From the NCBI GenBank assembly GCA_963800775.1, contig CAWDCQ010000048.1:7493-71492 (forward strand): a stretch of 64,000 nt of DNA. Reading direction: 5' to 3'. Below, piece by piece: positions 53,849 to 63,683 of the stretch (positions are counted from its first letter, which is position 1; each line of letters begins with the position of its first letter). The notes beneath the pieces are model-generated. The model had not been told where the DNA came from, made no database searches, and worked only from the letters and a program-made list of their open reading frames with translations. Source of the DNA: an uncultured Methanomassiliicoccales archaeon. Its GTDB lineage: Archaea > Thermoplasmatota > Thermoplasmata > Methanomassiliicoccales > UBA472. The position numbers and the translations under genes were made by a program.

Positions 53849-54805
53849 ATGGTATTTGGCGCACTCCTCGTTATAGTGGTCGCCTTTGCCCTGCCGGATT
53901 CATTGCTTCCAATCATCCTGGGTTTCCTGTTCATCATCCTTCTTCCGGGGTACGCGATCCTGGCGGCCCTGTTTCCTGCCGCCAAGGACCTGTCGTCGCT
54001 CGAACGGATGGCCATCTCCTTCGCGCTAAGCGTCGCGATCTCCCCGATCGTGGCGATCGGCCTGAACTACTCCGACCTCGGAGCCAGTATAAGCATGGTG
54101 TTGCTCATCTTGGCGGCGATCACACTGATCCTGACCCTGATCGCTTTGTTCGTGAGGGGAAGGACCGAGTTCCCGTACCTGCCACCGGCGCTGGGCAAGA
54201 AAAAGGGAGCATCCTTCGCGCGGCGAAAGGGGAACCAGCACAAGGTCATCGCTATCGCGCTAGTGGTCGCGATCGTGGTTTCGGCAGGGGGTCTCGCCTA
54301 CCTGGTCGTTAACCCTCCCCAATCGGAGAGCTTCACCGAGTTCTATATCCTAAGTCAGAACGGGAACTCAACCGGCTATCCGCAGAACCTCATCGTCGGC
54401 CAGTCTGCGTCCGTACGACTGGGCATCGTCAATCACGAGAACCGCCCGGTGAACTACACCTTGGAGGTATGGCTGTCCAATACCACGGTAGTGAACAACC
54501 AGACCAACGTCCAGACCATGTACTTCTTCGAGTCGACCAACATCACACTGCCGAATGTACCGGTCAGCCTGGTCCAGAACGATACCAAGCAGTACGAGAC
54601 CAATTATACGTTCCAGGTGCAGCTCCAGGGCCAGTACAGGTTGTTCTTCCTGCTCTACAAGGACCATGAGCCTGCCCTTCCGGATTCGCCGATGATCCCC
54701 TATCACGACTACGCGGCCACCCAGGCATTCCGGATCACCGATGCTGTGAAGAACAACGTGATGAGCCTTGACCTGATCCTCAACGTCAATCCGCTGGGCC
54801 AGTGA
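53849..54805 (+). CDS. DUF1616-family archaeal membrane protein
   Basis: LLPGYAILAALFP...LERMAISFALSVAISPIVAIGLN followed by an N-x-S/T-rich extracellular beta domain. Confidence 0.65.
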   Translation: MVFGALLVIVVAFALPDSLLPIILGFLFIILLPGYAILAALFPAAKDLSSLERMAISFALSVAISPIVAIGLNYSDLGASISMVLLILAAITLILTLIALFVRGRTEFPYLPPALGKKKGASFARRKGNQHKVIAIALVVAIVVSAGGLAYLVVNPPQSESFTEFYILSQNGNSTGYPQNLIVGQSASVRLGIVNHENRPVNYTLEVWLSNTTVVNNQTNVQTMYFFESTNITLPNVPVSLVQNDTKQYETNYTFQVQLQGQYRLFFLLYKDHEPALPDSPMIPYHDYAATQAFRITDAVKNNVMSLDLILNVNPLGQ

Positions 54806-54916
54806 AGGCTGCTTTTTTATTAGGTCAAGCGGACAGTGAAAACAAGCAGATGCCCTGGAATTAACATCATCACATTTGGAACCGTCCCTTGTTCGGTCCA
54901 GAGAAAATAATCGTAA

Positions 54917-55132
54917 TCAATTCAACAGATGGGCGGCCTGCAGGATCTGGAACGCGACGGTCGCGGCAAATATGATCACCAAGGGAATGATGACCGCGTC
55001 TATCGTTCCCACCTTCTTCTTGGATCCATTGGGGGAGTTGCTAACGAGCAGTCTTACCATCAGTAATATGACCAGGACCAGGGCGATAAGAACCCCGCCC
55101 AAACCCCCGCTTAAGACTGGCATCGAGCTCAT
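54917..55132 (-). CDS. small two-TM membrane protein (hypothetical)
   Basis: 71 aa with two hydrophobic helices flanking KKKVG. Confidence 0.3.
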   Translation of the reverse strand: MSSMPVLSGGLGGVLIALVLVILLMVRLLVSNSPNGSKKKVGTIDAVIIPLVIIFAATVAFQILQAAHLLN

Positions 55133-55332
55133 AGACTTTGATTCTTACTGAATCTTACCTATATAATATTTCCTTTTGACGATTTTGGAGGTCCGTTTTT
55201 TCGTATCGGACGACAAACGCTCCAAATATTGTTCGAGGACGATTTATTTCCCAGATGCAAATGTCGTGTCGTCCATACTTTTGGACAATTATTTAGGCAG
55301 GAATTTATAAAAGGTGTTCTGGCAACAATTAC

Positions 55333-55339
55333 TTATATA
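55333..55339 (+). promoter_or_regulatory. TATA-box-like element for a leaderless flippase transcript
   Basis: TTATATA ends 27 nt before ATG 55366. The same spacing and flanks (GGCAACAATT..) recur before the second flippase. Confidence 0.4.
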
Positions 55340-55365
55340 GTTTTTCGCTCATGCAAGAGACCAAA

Positions 55366-56874
55366 ATGATTGGCCGCAGATCCGTATTGATCGTGATATC
55401 GACGGTCATTGCAGCCGTGCTCTCATTCGCGGGCCTACTGGCCATGACGAACTACCTGGGAAAGGACGTCTATGGCAATATCGCCTGGGTGCTGGCCACC
55501 CTGAGCGTGTTGAACGTGGTGTCCGATCTAGGTTTCCAGAGCGCACACGTCAAGAAGGTTTCCGAAGGCCAGGATGAGAACGATTGCGTCTCCACATACT
55601 TCGTGATCAAGATCGCCTTGACCTCGTTCATGGTCGTATTCGTGTTCTTGGCGCTCTTTGTTTGGAATGACGTTTCGAAAGGCGCTATCACACCAGAGGT
55701 CTGGAACCTGGTGATACTGTTTGTTCTTTACTACGTCATGTATGATCTGGCGAATGTTGTCACAATGACCTATATCGCCCGGATGGAGACGACCAAATCC
55801 CAGCTGATCGCGCTGACGGACCCGGTAATAAGGGTCCCGCTCATCATCTTCATTTCCATCAATCATATGACCCAGCTTGACCTGGCCTTCGCATACGTGT
55901 TCGCCGCGCTAGGGGTGCTGCTGGTTAGCGTATTCCTACTTTTCAGAGGCAGGGTCCGTTGGAAGCGGCCAACCTTGTTTCGTTCCTATCTCAAGTTCGC
56001 TCTTCCTATCACTTTCATCTCGGTCGCCAATGCAATCACCGGCAACCTGGACAAGATCCTGATAGGATATTTTGACACACCCGGGAACGTGGCCTACTAT
56101 TCCTCTTCCCAGACCATCCTTGCCACGGTGGGTGTCATAGGCACGGCGGTCAGCACGATAGCGTTTCCATCTTTCTCGTACCTGCACAGCAAAGGAGACA
56201 TCAAAGAGATCAAGAGGGTGACCTATGCGGCCGAGCGGTACATCTCCATGATCGGCCTGCCGATCATTACTCTGGTCGTGCTTTTCCCTACCGAGATATG
56301 CATATCCGTTTTCGGTCAGCAGTTCGCCCCTGCCGGGGACGCCATGCGTTTCCTAGGCATCACACTTGCATTCACCTTGCTGAACCAGGTCTACACCTCT
56401 CAGATATTGGGCGTCAACAGGCCGGACATCAGTGCCAAGATCGTCCTCGGGACATTCACCTTGAACGTCATCCTACTGTTTGTTTTCATTCCGAACGAAC
56501 TGTTCGGGATAAAATTGCTGGGGCTGTCGTACACCGGAGCAGCCATCGCCACCGCCATAGCCGCCATGGTGATGTTCATAACTGTGCGTTTGATCGTTAA
56601 GAGGCTTACCGGTACCGGCACCGAACCCAGGATATTGAAGCACCTGTTCGCAGCGGGTGTCGCTGGAGCGACGATCGAGGCGTTGAACACGGTGCATCAT
56701 CTGTCAGGGATCATCAACCTGCTGATCTTCTTCGGGGTCACCGTAGCCGTGTTCTTAGGCACTTTGATAGCGCTGAAGGAATTCACCAGATCGGACGTGA
56801 CCCAGATAATCGATATAGTGAACCCTTCAAAGATGTTCAGCTACATGGGAGAAGAGATAAAGAACAAGAAATGA
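55366..56874 (+). CDS. Wzx-like oligosaccharide flippase (MOP superfamily), copy 1
   Basis: About 14 TM segments. ATG 55366 (MIGRRS) aligns with copy 2 and gives 502 aa. The ORF-track start 55351 lies too close to the TATA box. Confidence 0.8.
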   Translation: MIGRRSVLIVISTVIAAVLSFAGLLAMTNYLGKDVYGNIAWVLATLSVLNVVSDLGFQSAHVKKVSEGQDENDCVSTYFVIKIALTSFMVVFVFLALFVWNDVSKGAITPEVWNLVILFVLYYVMYDLANVVTMTYIARMETTKSQLIALTDPVIRVPLIIFISINHMTQLDLAFAYVFAALGVLLVSVFLLFRGRVRWKRPTLFRSYLKFALPITFISVANAITGNLDKILIGYFDTPGNVAYYSSSQTILATVGVIGTAVSTIAFPSFSYLHSKGDIKEIKRVTYAAERYISMIGLPIITLVVLFPTEICISVFGQQFAPAGDAMRFLGITLAFTLLNQVYTSQILGVNRPDISAKIVLGTFTLNVILLFVFIPNELFGIKLLGLSYTGAAIATAIAAMVMFITVRLIVKRLTGTGTEPRILKHLFAAGVAGATIEALNTVHHLSGIINLLIFFGVTVAVFLGTLIALKEFTRSDVTQIIDIVNPSKMFSYMGEEIKNKK

Positions 56875-57148
56875 ACCGGTCATCGGTGCTGCGCCAGGGC
56901 GATGAATTCTGCCGCCTTGAACGAAGCACGATCCCAGGCCTCGATCCTCCGTGACTCGTTAGGGCTAAAGGCCTACGTCACCGGACATCGATCGGAAGGG
57001 ACCGGGAAGATATCAGAAAGTCATCGGCCGATCTCGAAGCGGACCGCAACACTTCCCCGTGTCCCGGTCATGCCGATGTGCAATTTCGTGCGTGCGGGCT
57101 ATCGAAAGACCGTTCCCGTCATTTCCATCTGATCTCATCGGCAACAAT

Positions 57149-57157
57149 TTATTATAA
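57149..57157 (+). promoter_or_regulatory. TATA-box-like element for flippase copy 2
   Basis: TTATTATAA lies 24-32 nt before ATG 57181 and is preceded by GGCAACAATT, as in copy 1. Confidence 0.4.
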
Positions 57158-57180
57158 CCGTTTTGGCTGATGCGCCCTGA

Positions 57181-58689
57181 ATGATTGGCCGCCGATCCCT
57201 TTTGATCATGATTTCGACGATCCTGACCGCCATATTGTCGTTCGTAGGGCTACTGGCCGTGACGAACTACCTGGGCAGGGACGTCTATGGCAACATCTCC
57301 TGGGTGCTTGCCACTGTGGCCACGCTGAACATAGCCTCGGACCTGGGCTTCCAGAACGCGCATATCAAGCGGGTATCCGAGGGCCAGAACGAGAACGACT
57401 GCATAGCCACGTATTTCATGACCAAACTGGTCCTGACCTCGCTCATGGTGGTGTTCGCGCTTTCCGCCATCTTCACATGGAACTCGATCACGAATTCTGC
57501 CATGTCCCCGGAGACCTGGGACCTGCTCATCCTGTTCCTGCTCTACTACGTGATGTATGACTTCGCCTACGTCGTCATCCACACCTACAATGCCAGAATG
57601 GAGACGACCAAGTCCCAGCTCATCCTCCTCACCGATCCTCTGATACGGATACCGCTGGTCATTTTCGTTTCCATCAACCATCTGACCACCATCGACCTGG
57701 CCTTCGCCTATGTGTTTGCTGCTCTAGGGGTGTTGCTGGTGAGCGCATTCCTTCTGAGGAGGGGAAGTTTCCGTTGGACAAAACCGACGCTTTTCCGTTC
57801 ATACATCAAGTTCGCGCTGCCCCTGGCCCTGGTCTCCATCGCAGGCGCTGTCACGCTCAATCTCGATAAGATACTGATCGGCGTCTTCTATTCGGCGGGA
57901 GATGTGGCCTATTACTCATCGTCCCAGACCTTTATCAGGACCTTCAATGTCATCGGGACCGCGGTCGCGGCGCTGGCATTCCCTTCCTTCTCCCGCTTGC
58001 ATGCCAAGGGGGATATGGCGGGGATCCGAAAAGTGACACACGCGGCCGAGCGGTACATATCCATGATCGGGACGCCGATCGTAACGCTGCTCGTCGTCTT
58101 TCCGACCGAGATCTGCGTTACCTTTTTCGGTTCCCAATTTGCCCCGTCCGGGGATGTCATGCGCTTCCTGGCGATCTGGTTATGGCTTACCCTGCTCAAT
58201 CAGGTGTACCTGTCCCAGATCCTTGGTGTTGACCGACCTGACATCAGTGCCAAAAGGACAATGGGGACCTTCATCCTGAACGTGATCCTTCTGTTCATCT
58301 TCGTCCCCAACGAGCTGTTCGGAGTGAAGATGCTCGGCCTGTCCTACACCGGAGCGGCACTGGCCACGGCGATCACTGCGGTCATCCTGTTCATCTCCAT
58401 GCGCCTGGTCCTGAAGAGCCTCACCGGGACGGGCAGCAACCCAGGGATCCTGAAGCACATGCTCGCAGCGGTGGTCTCGGGCCTGGTCATCGCAACATTG
58501 GGCACGTTCTACCACTTCTCCGGATTCGTTTCCCTGATCATCTTCGGATCGGTCACCATGGTCGTGTTCTTTTCGGTATTGACATTGTTGAAGGAGTTCA
58601 CGAAGTCCGATGTGATCTATTTCGCCGACCTTGTCAACCCCAAGAAGATGTTCGGTTACATGGGCGAGGAGATAAAGAACAAGAAATGA
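57181..58689 (+). CDS. Wzx-like oligosaccharide flippase (MOP superfamily), copy 2
   Basis: 502 aa, co-linear with copy 1 from MIGRRS to YMGEEIKNKK. Confidence 0.8.
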   Translation: MIGRRSLLIMISTILTAILSFVGLLAVTNYLGRDVYGNISWVLATVATLNIASDLGFQNAHIKRVSEGQNENDCIATYFMTKLVLTSLMVVFALSAIFTWNSITNSAMSPETWDLLILFLLYYVMYDFAYVVIHTYNARMETTKSQLILLTDPLIRIPLVIFVSINHLTTIDLAFAYVFAALGVLLVSAFLLRRGSFRWTKPTLFRSYIKFALPLALVSIAGAVTLNLDKILIGVFYSAGDVAYYSSSQTFIRTFNVIGTAVAALAFPSFSRLHAKGDMAGIRKVTHAAERYISMIGTPIVTLLVVFPTEICVTFFGSQFAPSGDVMRFLAIWLWLTLLNQVYLSQILGVDRPDISAKRTMGTFILNVILLFIFVPNELFGVKMLGLSYTGAALATAITAVILFISMRLVLKSLTGTGSNPGILKHMLAAVVSGLVIATLGTFYHFSGFVSLIIFGSVTMVVFFSVLTLLKEFTKSDVIYFADLVNPKKMFGYMGEEIKNKK

Positions 58690-58844
58690 TGCGGTTATAG
58701 GACAGGACCTGACTGCTGGTAGGTGTTCGCTCTTATTCAGGCGGGAAGGGCGGCTTCCATCGCTGGTCGATCCCGCCGTTGGGGCACACCACCTCGTTTC
58801 GTACAGTTCGAGATATCGACTAGACCGATTGGCTCGGAGTCCAG

Positions 58845-59817
58845 TCACTGGCGACGGCGGTCCCCGTTCTCCCGGGGGAAGTACTGGGGCATCTCTCCCA
58901 GGGTGGAGAAACGGAAATGGTTGTCCTTGGCATAGGCGAGGGCATGCTCGATGTTGCCCAGGATGCGCTGGCAATCCTTTTCCGTCGCCGCGTAGGGTGA
59001 GGCGCCGGGCATGATCTCCATGGAATGGAACATCATCGTCAGGGTCACGTCCTTCTTGTCCGAGTAGTGTTCCGCCGTCTGTTGCATCACTTCCACCATG
59101 CCAGGGCCGGTATTGTTGGAGGGCACGGAGCCATTGAAGGCGGTACAGCCGATCGGTCACGGTATGCATTACGCTGGCATGCCATTTTCTGTGTTTCTCT
59201 GGTTCCAGGATGGTCACCGGGACCTCGAGGACACCCTTTCCATTGGGGGCCAGCATGTCCTTTTCCTGCGGATAGTATGGCTGGTCGGGGGCCTTAAGGA
59301 AATTGGCCTTGCCCTCCGGGTAGTCCCAGTCCATCCTGGGCGTGACCGAGGAATCGACCTTGTAATTGAGCTCGTCCAGGATCTTCATGGTGTTCAGCCC
59401 TGCGGCGAAGCGCCCGGCGCGGAACGATGCCGGCTTGTAACCCAGGCGGGTGGCGAAAAGCGCGGTCAGGTTCACCATTTTCTGGCGTTCGATCTCATAG
59501 GGGTAGGAGGACTGCATCGCGTCGGTGGCCATGTTGGCCATCGGGCCCCGGTGCTCGTTAGGCCCGATCAGGTCACCATGCAGGTGGGTTCCAAGCTCAC
59601 AGTCCTTGGTGGACCTGAGGGTCTCGACACAGCGATCGTTCATGATCACTTCAGGCGACAGCAGGTAGGTAGGCCTCGCGCCATATTTCGAGAACAATGT
59701 GCCCAGCTTATCCGGGATGCCCGTGGTGACCGACGAGAAGCTCTCGTCAGACGAGACTTTCCAGCTCTTTGACTTGTCTATCTCGGTGTCGATGGTGATG
59801 AGCAGATGGATGGCCAT
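58845..59817 (-). pseudogene. polysaccharide deacetylase-like (CE4/WalW-type) protein, one frame break near 59130
   Basis: LLITIDTEID, CELGTHLHG and SFRAGRFAAG. The C-terminal part is ORF 58845..59126. The rest of ORF 58180..59826 is antisense read-through of the flippase. Confidence 0.55.
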
Positions 59818-60067
59818 TTTTCCCAAACCCGGGACGCGTTGAGCGCCTTCAACGTTTATGAATGATTGCCATGTAATGAATCCAAGGGGGCTTGATGGGT
59901 AACTATTATCCCAGAACAGCCTTCAAAACACTGGCGCATGAGCGGAGAGCTGGGAACAGTACATGTCGAACTTTTCAGTCCGGATCCCGAAAATACCAGT
60001 CCTTAGTTCATCAAATAGACCATTAGCATAGATAGGTTTATTCCCTTTTCCTCCATCCAGTTATCAT

Positions 60068-61057
60068 ATGGAGCCATCGAGGCCGTTAGAAACTGGCCTA
60101 AACGGACTTAATGATGCGGCAGGCGACCGCATTGCTGGTGCAGCAGTTCCGATAGGCAAAGCCCAACATAAGATCGCAGTAGTAGTTCCCGCTTACAACG
60201 AGGAGATCACGATCGGCAGTGTCGTCATAGGCGCGGCAAAATACAGCGACCGGGTGTATGTGGTCAACGATGGTTCGAAAGACCTCACCTCTGAGACAGC
60301 TAAGGCCGCCGGCGCATTCGTGGTCGAAATGGAAAAGAACGGCGGAAAGGCGAAGGCGCTGATGACCGGGCTGAGAAAGGCCCGTGAGGACGGTTACAAC
60401 GTAGTAGTGATGATGGACGGGGATGGACAGCACAAATCCATCGATATCCCGGCCTTGATCGATCCGGTGATCAACAACTCCGTCGACCTGGTCATCGGCT
60501 CCCGGTTCATGAAAGAGGATAATAAGATCCCAGCATACAGGCAGGCCGGGCAAAAAGTGCTGAACACCTTCACCAACATGGGGTCCTCGGGAAAGTTGAC
60601 CGACACCCAGTCCGGATTCAGGGCACTGGGACCAAGGGCATTGGAAAACCTGGACTTCGAATCCAGCGGATATTCGGTCGAGTCCGATATGATCACCTGC
60701 TTCTCCGAACGGAACCTGAGCATCGTCGAGGTGCCGGTAGCGGTAAGGTACGATGTCCCGAATGGGCACAAGCAAGGTTCCACGTCCATGGGCTTCACTC
60801 TCCTGGAGAACGTCATAACCACCGTCGCATACAAGCGGCCTTTGCTGGTGTTCGTCGGCCCGGGGGCATTGCTGGCCGGGATAGGATTGATCCTAGGATT
60901 TTTCGCCTTTGAGAACTACTATTTCTTCGCTTCCTGGTGGCTGCAGGTGCTTCTGGCGGAATTCGCCCTGGCACTGGGCTTCCTCATGATCGCGTTCGGC
61001 CTGATGCAGAACTCTCTGGCCATGTACATGAGGATGAACAAAGGGCAGCCCAAATAG
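60068..61057 (+). CDS. GT2-family glycosyltransferase (dolichyl-phosphate sugar synthase-like) with C-terminal TM helices
   Basis: VVVPAYNEE, VVNDGSKD, MMDGDGQH (DxD), and two C-terminal hydrophobic helices. Confidence 0.85.
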   Translation: MEPSRPLETGLNGLNDAAGDRIAGAAVPIGKAQHKIAVVVPAYNEEITIGSVVIGAAKYSDRVYVVNDGSKDLTSETAKAAGAFVVEMEKNGGKAKALMTGLRKAREDGYNVVVMMDGDGQHKSIDIPALIDPVINNSVDLVIGSRFMKEDNKIPAYRQAGQKVLNTFTNMGSSGKLTDTQSGFRALGPRALENLDFESSGYSVESDMITCFSERNLSIVEVPVAVRYDVPNGHKQGSTSMGFTLLENVITTVAYKRPLLVFVGPGALLAGIGLILGFFAFENYYFFASWWLQVLLAEFALALGFLMIAFGLMQNSLAMYMRMNKGQPK

Positions 61058-61140
61058 CCTAGCGGCTAGGCCGCAAACATCTTCCATCATTCTAATTCGA
61101 CGCTCATGGGCGTACTCTGCCTCCTACAGTTTCATGCCAT

Positions 61141-61410
61141 TTGTCGAGGCCCGTTCTGATCCTTACCCGTGAGCTCGTTCGCCCCCATCTCTCAGCGCTC
61201 ACGGTCGCTCCGATCACCACGACGATCCGGGGGCTGTCGTCTGAGGTACCAGTCGGTGCAGCCAACGGGCTCGATGGTCCCTCGGTGGTGAGCTGCGACA
61301 ACATCACGACGGTCCCCAAGCAGGCCATCGGTGTTCAAATCGGCGTTCTGCTCGACGACCAAGAGCTCGTGCTCAGCGCGGCGATCCGGGCTGCGTTCGA
61401 TCTCGACTAG
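61141..61410 (+). CDS. mazF: PemK/MazF-family toxin, apparently N-terminally truncated (bacterial)
   Basis: RPVLILTRELVRPHL..TVAPITTTIRGL.SEVPV...GL..PSVVSCDNI.TVPK resembles actinobacterial MazF3-type toxins as I remember them. Only a TTG start is available, and no antitoxin gene lies upstream. Confidence 0.7.
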   Translation: MSRPVLILTRELVRPHLSALTVAPITTTIRGLSSEVPVGAANGLDGPSVVSCDNITTVPKQAIGVQIGVLLDDQELVLSAAIRAAFDLD

Positions 61411-61463
61411 CGCCTGCGCGTTAGGAGCCGAGATCTGTCAATGCACTTGAGCAGAGGAGAAGC

Positions 61464-61873
61464 ATGAACGTAAGTCGGGAGATGGCAACTGCGTTCGTTG
61501 AGAGCTACGGGCAAACGTGGCAGAGCTGGGATTACGAGGCTTCGTCGACCTGTTCAGCGACGACGTCGTCTACGTGGAGCACCAGGTCGAGGAGACAGTA
61601 GTGGGGCGCGACGCGATGGCTCGCTACATCCGCAGAGAGCACTATGAAGCTGGCACCGTCGACGTTCGCATGGGCAGCCCGATCGTCGAAGGCAACCGGG
61701 TCGCTGCTGAGTTCTGGACCACGATGAGCAACCGTGAGGGCGAGCCGGAGGGGACGCTCATGGGGTGCTTGATCGCCCAGCTCGACCCTACGACCGGACG
61801 GTGCACGCGCTTTCGTCAGTATTGGCTTGAATCTGACGGACACTTCAAGCCGTCCAGCGGCTGGGGCGAGTAA
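61464..61873 (+). pseudogene. SnoaL/NTF2-like fold protein, one frame break near 61520
   Basis: ATG 61464 follows GAGGAGA (MNVSREMATAFVESYGQTWQSWD). The sense continues in ORF 61517..61873 (FVDLFSDDVVYVEH...). Confidence 0.5.
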
Positions 61874-62393
61874 TCGGCACAGCGCGGGCGCTCATCCGAG
61901 GCGCGGTCGACCGCAGGACGCCCCTCGAGCTGAGCGATCGACGAACGGCTGGCCTGGCCAACACCTGGGGTGCTTTCGCCGTCTTGCGCTGCATGGTTGC
62001 CTCTAGCCGACACCGAGCAGCTTGACGCTCCCGAGGCTGAAGAACGCAGCCCGGGCCCTGTCTTCTTCATCTCCCCGGAAGTCGACCGGACCCTCTGGGC
62101 CGCGGAACTCGGCGTAGGTTCAGGAGCCTGTGTCTGGCGATGATCGCTTTGCTCGTCGAGCAGGTGGCCGACCGAAAGCCGAACTGACGACCGCAACGGA
62201 CGACAAGCAAGCGTCTCGCTGACCCGTGGGTCGGCTCCTGCTTTGGCCTCGAAGCGGGAGCCGCCACAGGTCTCGACCTTCGTGCCTCGTGGGATAGGAG
62301 GCTCTGACGCGACGTCGGATCGCATCGGAGTCGAACGACACGACATCAGAAGATGCCACTTTGCAGCGGGATCGTCGTGAATTCGACAACGAG

Positions 62394-62479
<86 letters not shown>

Positions 62480-62590
62480 AGAGGGCGCGAGTATAGTCGC
62501 GCGCCCTCCGCCGGGCGGCAGGGGCGGTCGGCCCGCTTGCGTGCGGGTCCGCGGCGGCGCTTGCGTCCGTCCACGGGCGGCGCTACAGTG

Positions 62591-62604
62591 CGAACACACG
62601 TTCG
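62591..62604. promoter_or_regulatory. LexA operator (Gram-positive/actinobacterial SOS box CGAAC-N4-GTTCG)
   Basis: CGAACACACGTTCG is a perfect palindrome ending 31 nt upstream of the lexA ATG. An AGGAG RBS sits at 62621-62625. Confidence 0.75.
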
Positions 62605-62635
62605 TTGCATGTACCCGAACAGGAGTCCGGCAGCC

Positions 62636-63259
62636 ATGGATCTGACCAAGCGCCAGCAGGAGATATTCGACTTCATCCGCAAGTACTCGGCCAAGTACGG
62701 TTACCCGCCGACGGTGCGCGACATCGGCAAGGCGGTGGGCTTGGCCTCATCCTCGACCGTGCACGCCCATCTGGCCAACCTCGAGAAGATCGGCCTCTTG
62801 CGACGCGACCCGTCCAAGCCGCGCGCCATCGAGTTGCTCGATCGTGCGATGGGAGGAGCGGTTGAGAGCGTTCGCGGGATCGTGCGGGCCGAGGGCCTGC
62901 CCCTGCTGGGCGCGGTGGCCGCGGGGGCGCCGATGCTTGCCGAGGAGAACATCGAGGAGTACGTACCCGTGCCCACCGTCGCGGGCGGTGGTGATGGCGA
63001 CTACCTGCTGCGGATTCGCGGCGAGTCTATGACGGACGCAGGCATCCTCGAAGGCGACTATGTCGTGGTCCACTCACAGGACACCGCCCAGAACGGCGAC
63101 ATCGTCGTCGCGCTGCTCGGCGAGGAGGCGACCGTGAAGCGGTTCTTTCGTGAGTCCGATCACATTCGACTGCAGCCGGAAAACCCGGCCATGGAGCCGA
63201 TCCGCAGCAAAGAGGTCAAGGTACTGGGGAAGGTTGTGGGACTGTTGCGGACCCTCTGA
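62636..63259 (+). CDS. lexA: LexA repressor
   Basis: LTKRQQEIFDFI..YGYPPTVRDIGKAVGL.S.STVHAHL..LE..G.L, cleavage-site VAAG, catalytic GESM and ATVKRF. Confidence 0.92.
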   Translation: MDLTKRQQEIFDFIRKYSAKYGYPPTVRDIGKAVGLASSSTVHAHLANLEKIGLLRRDPSKPRAIELLDRAMGGAVESVRGIVRAEGLPLLGAVAAGAPMLAEENIEEYVPVPTVAGGGDGDYLLRIRGESMTDAGILEGDYVVVHSQDTAQNGDIVVALLGEEATVKRFFRESDHIRLQPENPAMEPIRSKEVKVLGKVVGLLRTL

Positions 63260-63344
63260 GCCCGCCGGCCGGCGTGAGGTGGTGTGGGGTGGGGGCACAG
63301 TTTCCCGTTCGCCCCTTCACGGCGGGGCTCGCGCGCGCTAGGTT

Positions 63345-63680
63345 GCTCGGGCAGGTCAGGCAGCCGCGGAGGCTTGGGCCTTCGAGGAAAGTCCGGACAT
63401 CACAGGGCAGGGTGGTCGAGAGATCGACCCGGGGAAACCCGCGGGAAAGTGCCACAGAAACAAACCGCCAACGTCCGCCGTCCCACGTGAACGGCGGGCC
63501 GGCAAGGGTGAAATGGTGCGGTAAGAGCGCACCAGCGTCGCGGCGACGCGATGGCTGGGCAAACCCCACTCGATGCAAGGCCAAACAGGACCGCTTGCAG
63601 GCTGCCCGCCGAGGTCCAGGTAGGCCGCTCAGATGGATGGCTGCTCAACGACAGGATCCGGCTTATCGATCTGCTACGGA
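63345..63680 (+). ncRNA. rnpB: bacterial type-A RNase P RNA
   Basis: Conserved blocks are GAGGAAAGTCCGGAC, GGGCAGGGTG, GGGAAAGTGCCACAGAAA, AAGGGTGAAA.GGTGCGGTAAGAGCGCACC and ACAGGATCCGGCTTATCG. P1 pairs 63350-63357 with 63668-63675. The ends are approximate. Confidence 0.85.
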
Positions 63681-63683
63681 AAA

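Noticed and set aside
53677-54312. 211-aa ORF overlapping the DUF1616 gene in another frame.
   Set aside because: The text is Arg/Pro/Gly-rich and nonsense-like. The overlapping frame 53849..54805 has a clear DUF1616 signature and TM pattern.
58180-58844. The 3' two-thirds of the 548-aa minus-strand ORF 58180..59826.
   Set aside because: Only the first ~230 codons read as a deacetylase. The remainder is low-complexity read-through antisense to flippase copy 2. The true C-terminus is in ORF 58845..59126 after a frame break.
61057-61071. Palindrome GCCTAGC-g-GCTAGGC right after the GT2 stop, considered as a terminator or as the exact junction.
   Set aside because: A one-nucleotide loop cannot form a hairpin and no T-run follows. 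It cannot be tied to the breakpoint from sequence alone.
62481-62508. GC-rich inverted repeat GAGGGCGCG...CGCGCCCTC between tRNA-Leu and lexA.
   Set aside because: It lies upstream of both divergent genes, so it is not a terminator for either. It might be promoter-region structure, but there is no supporting evidence.
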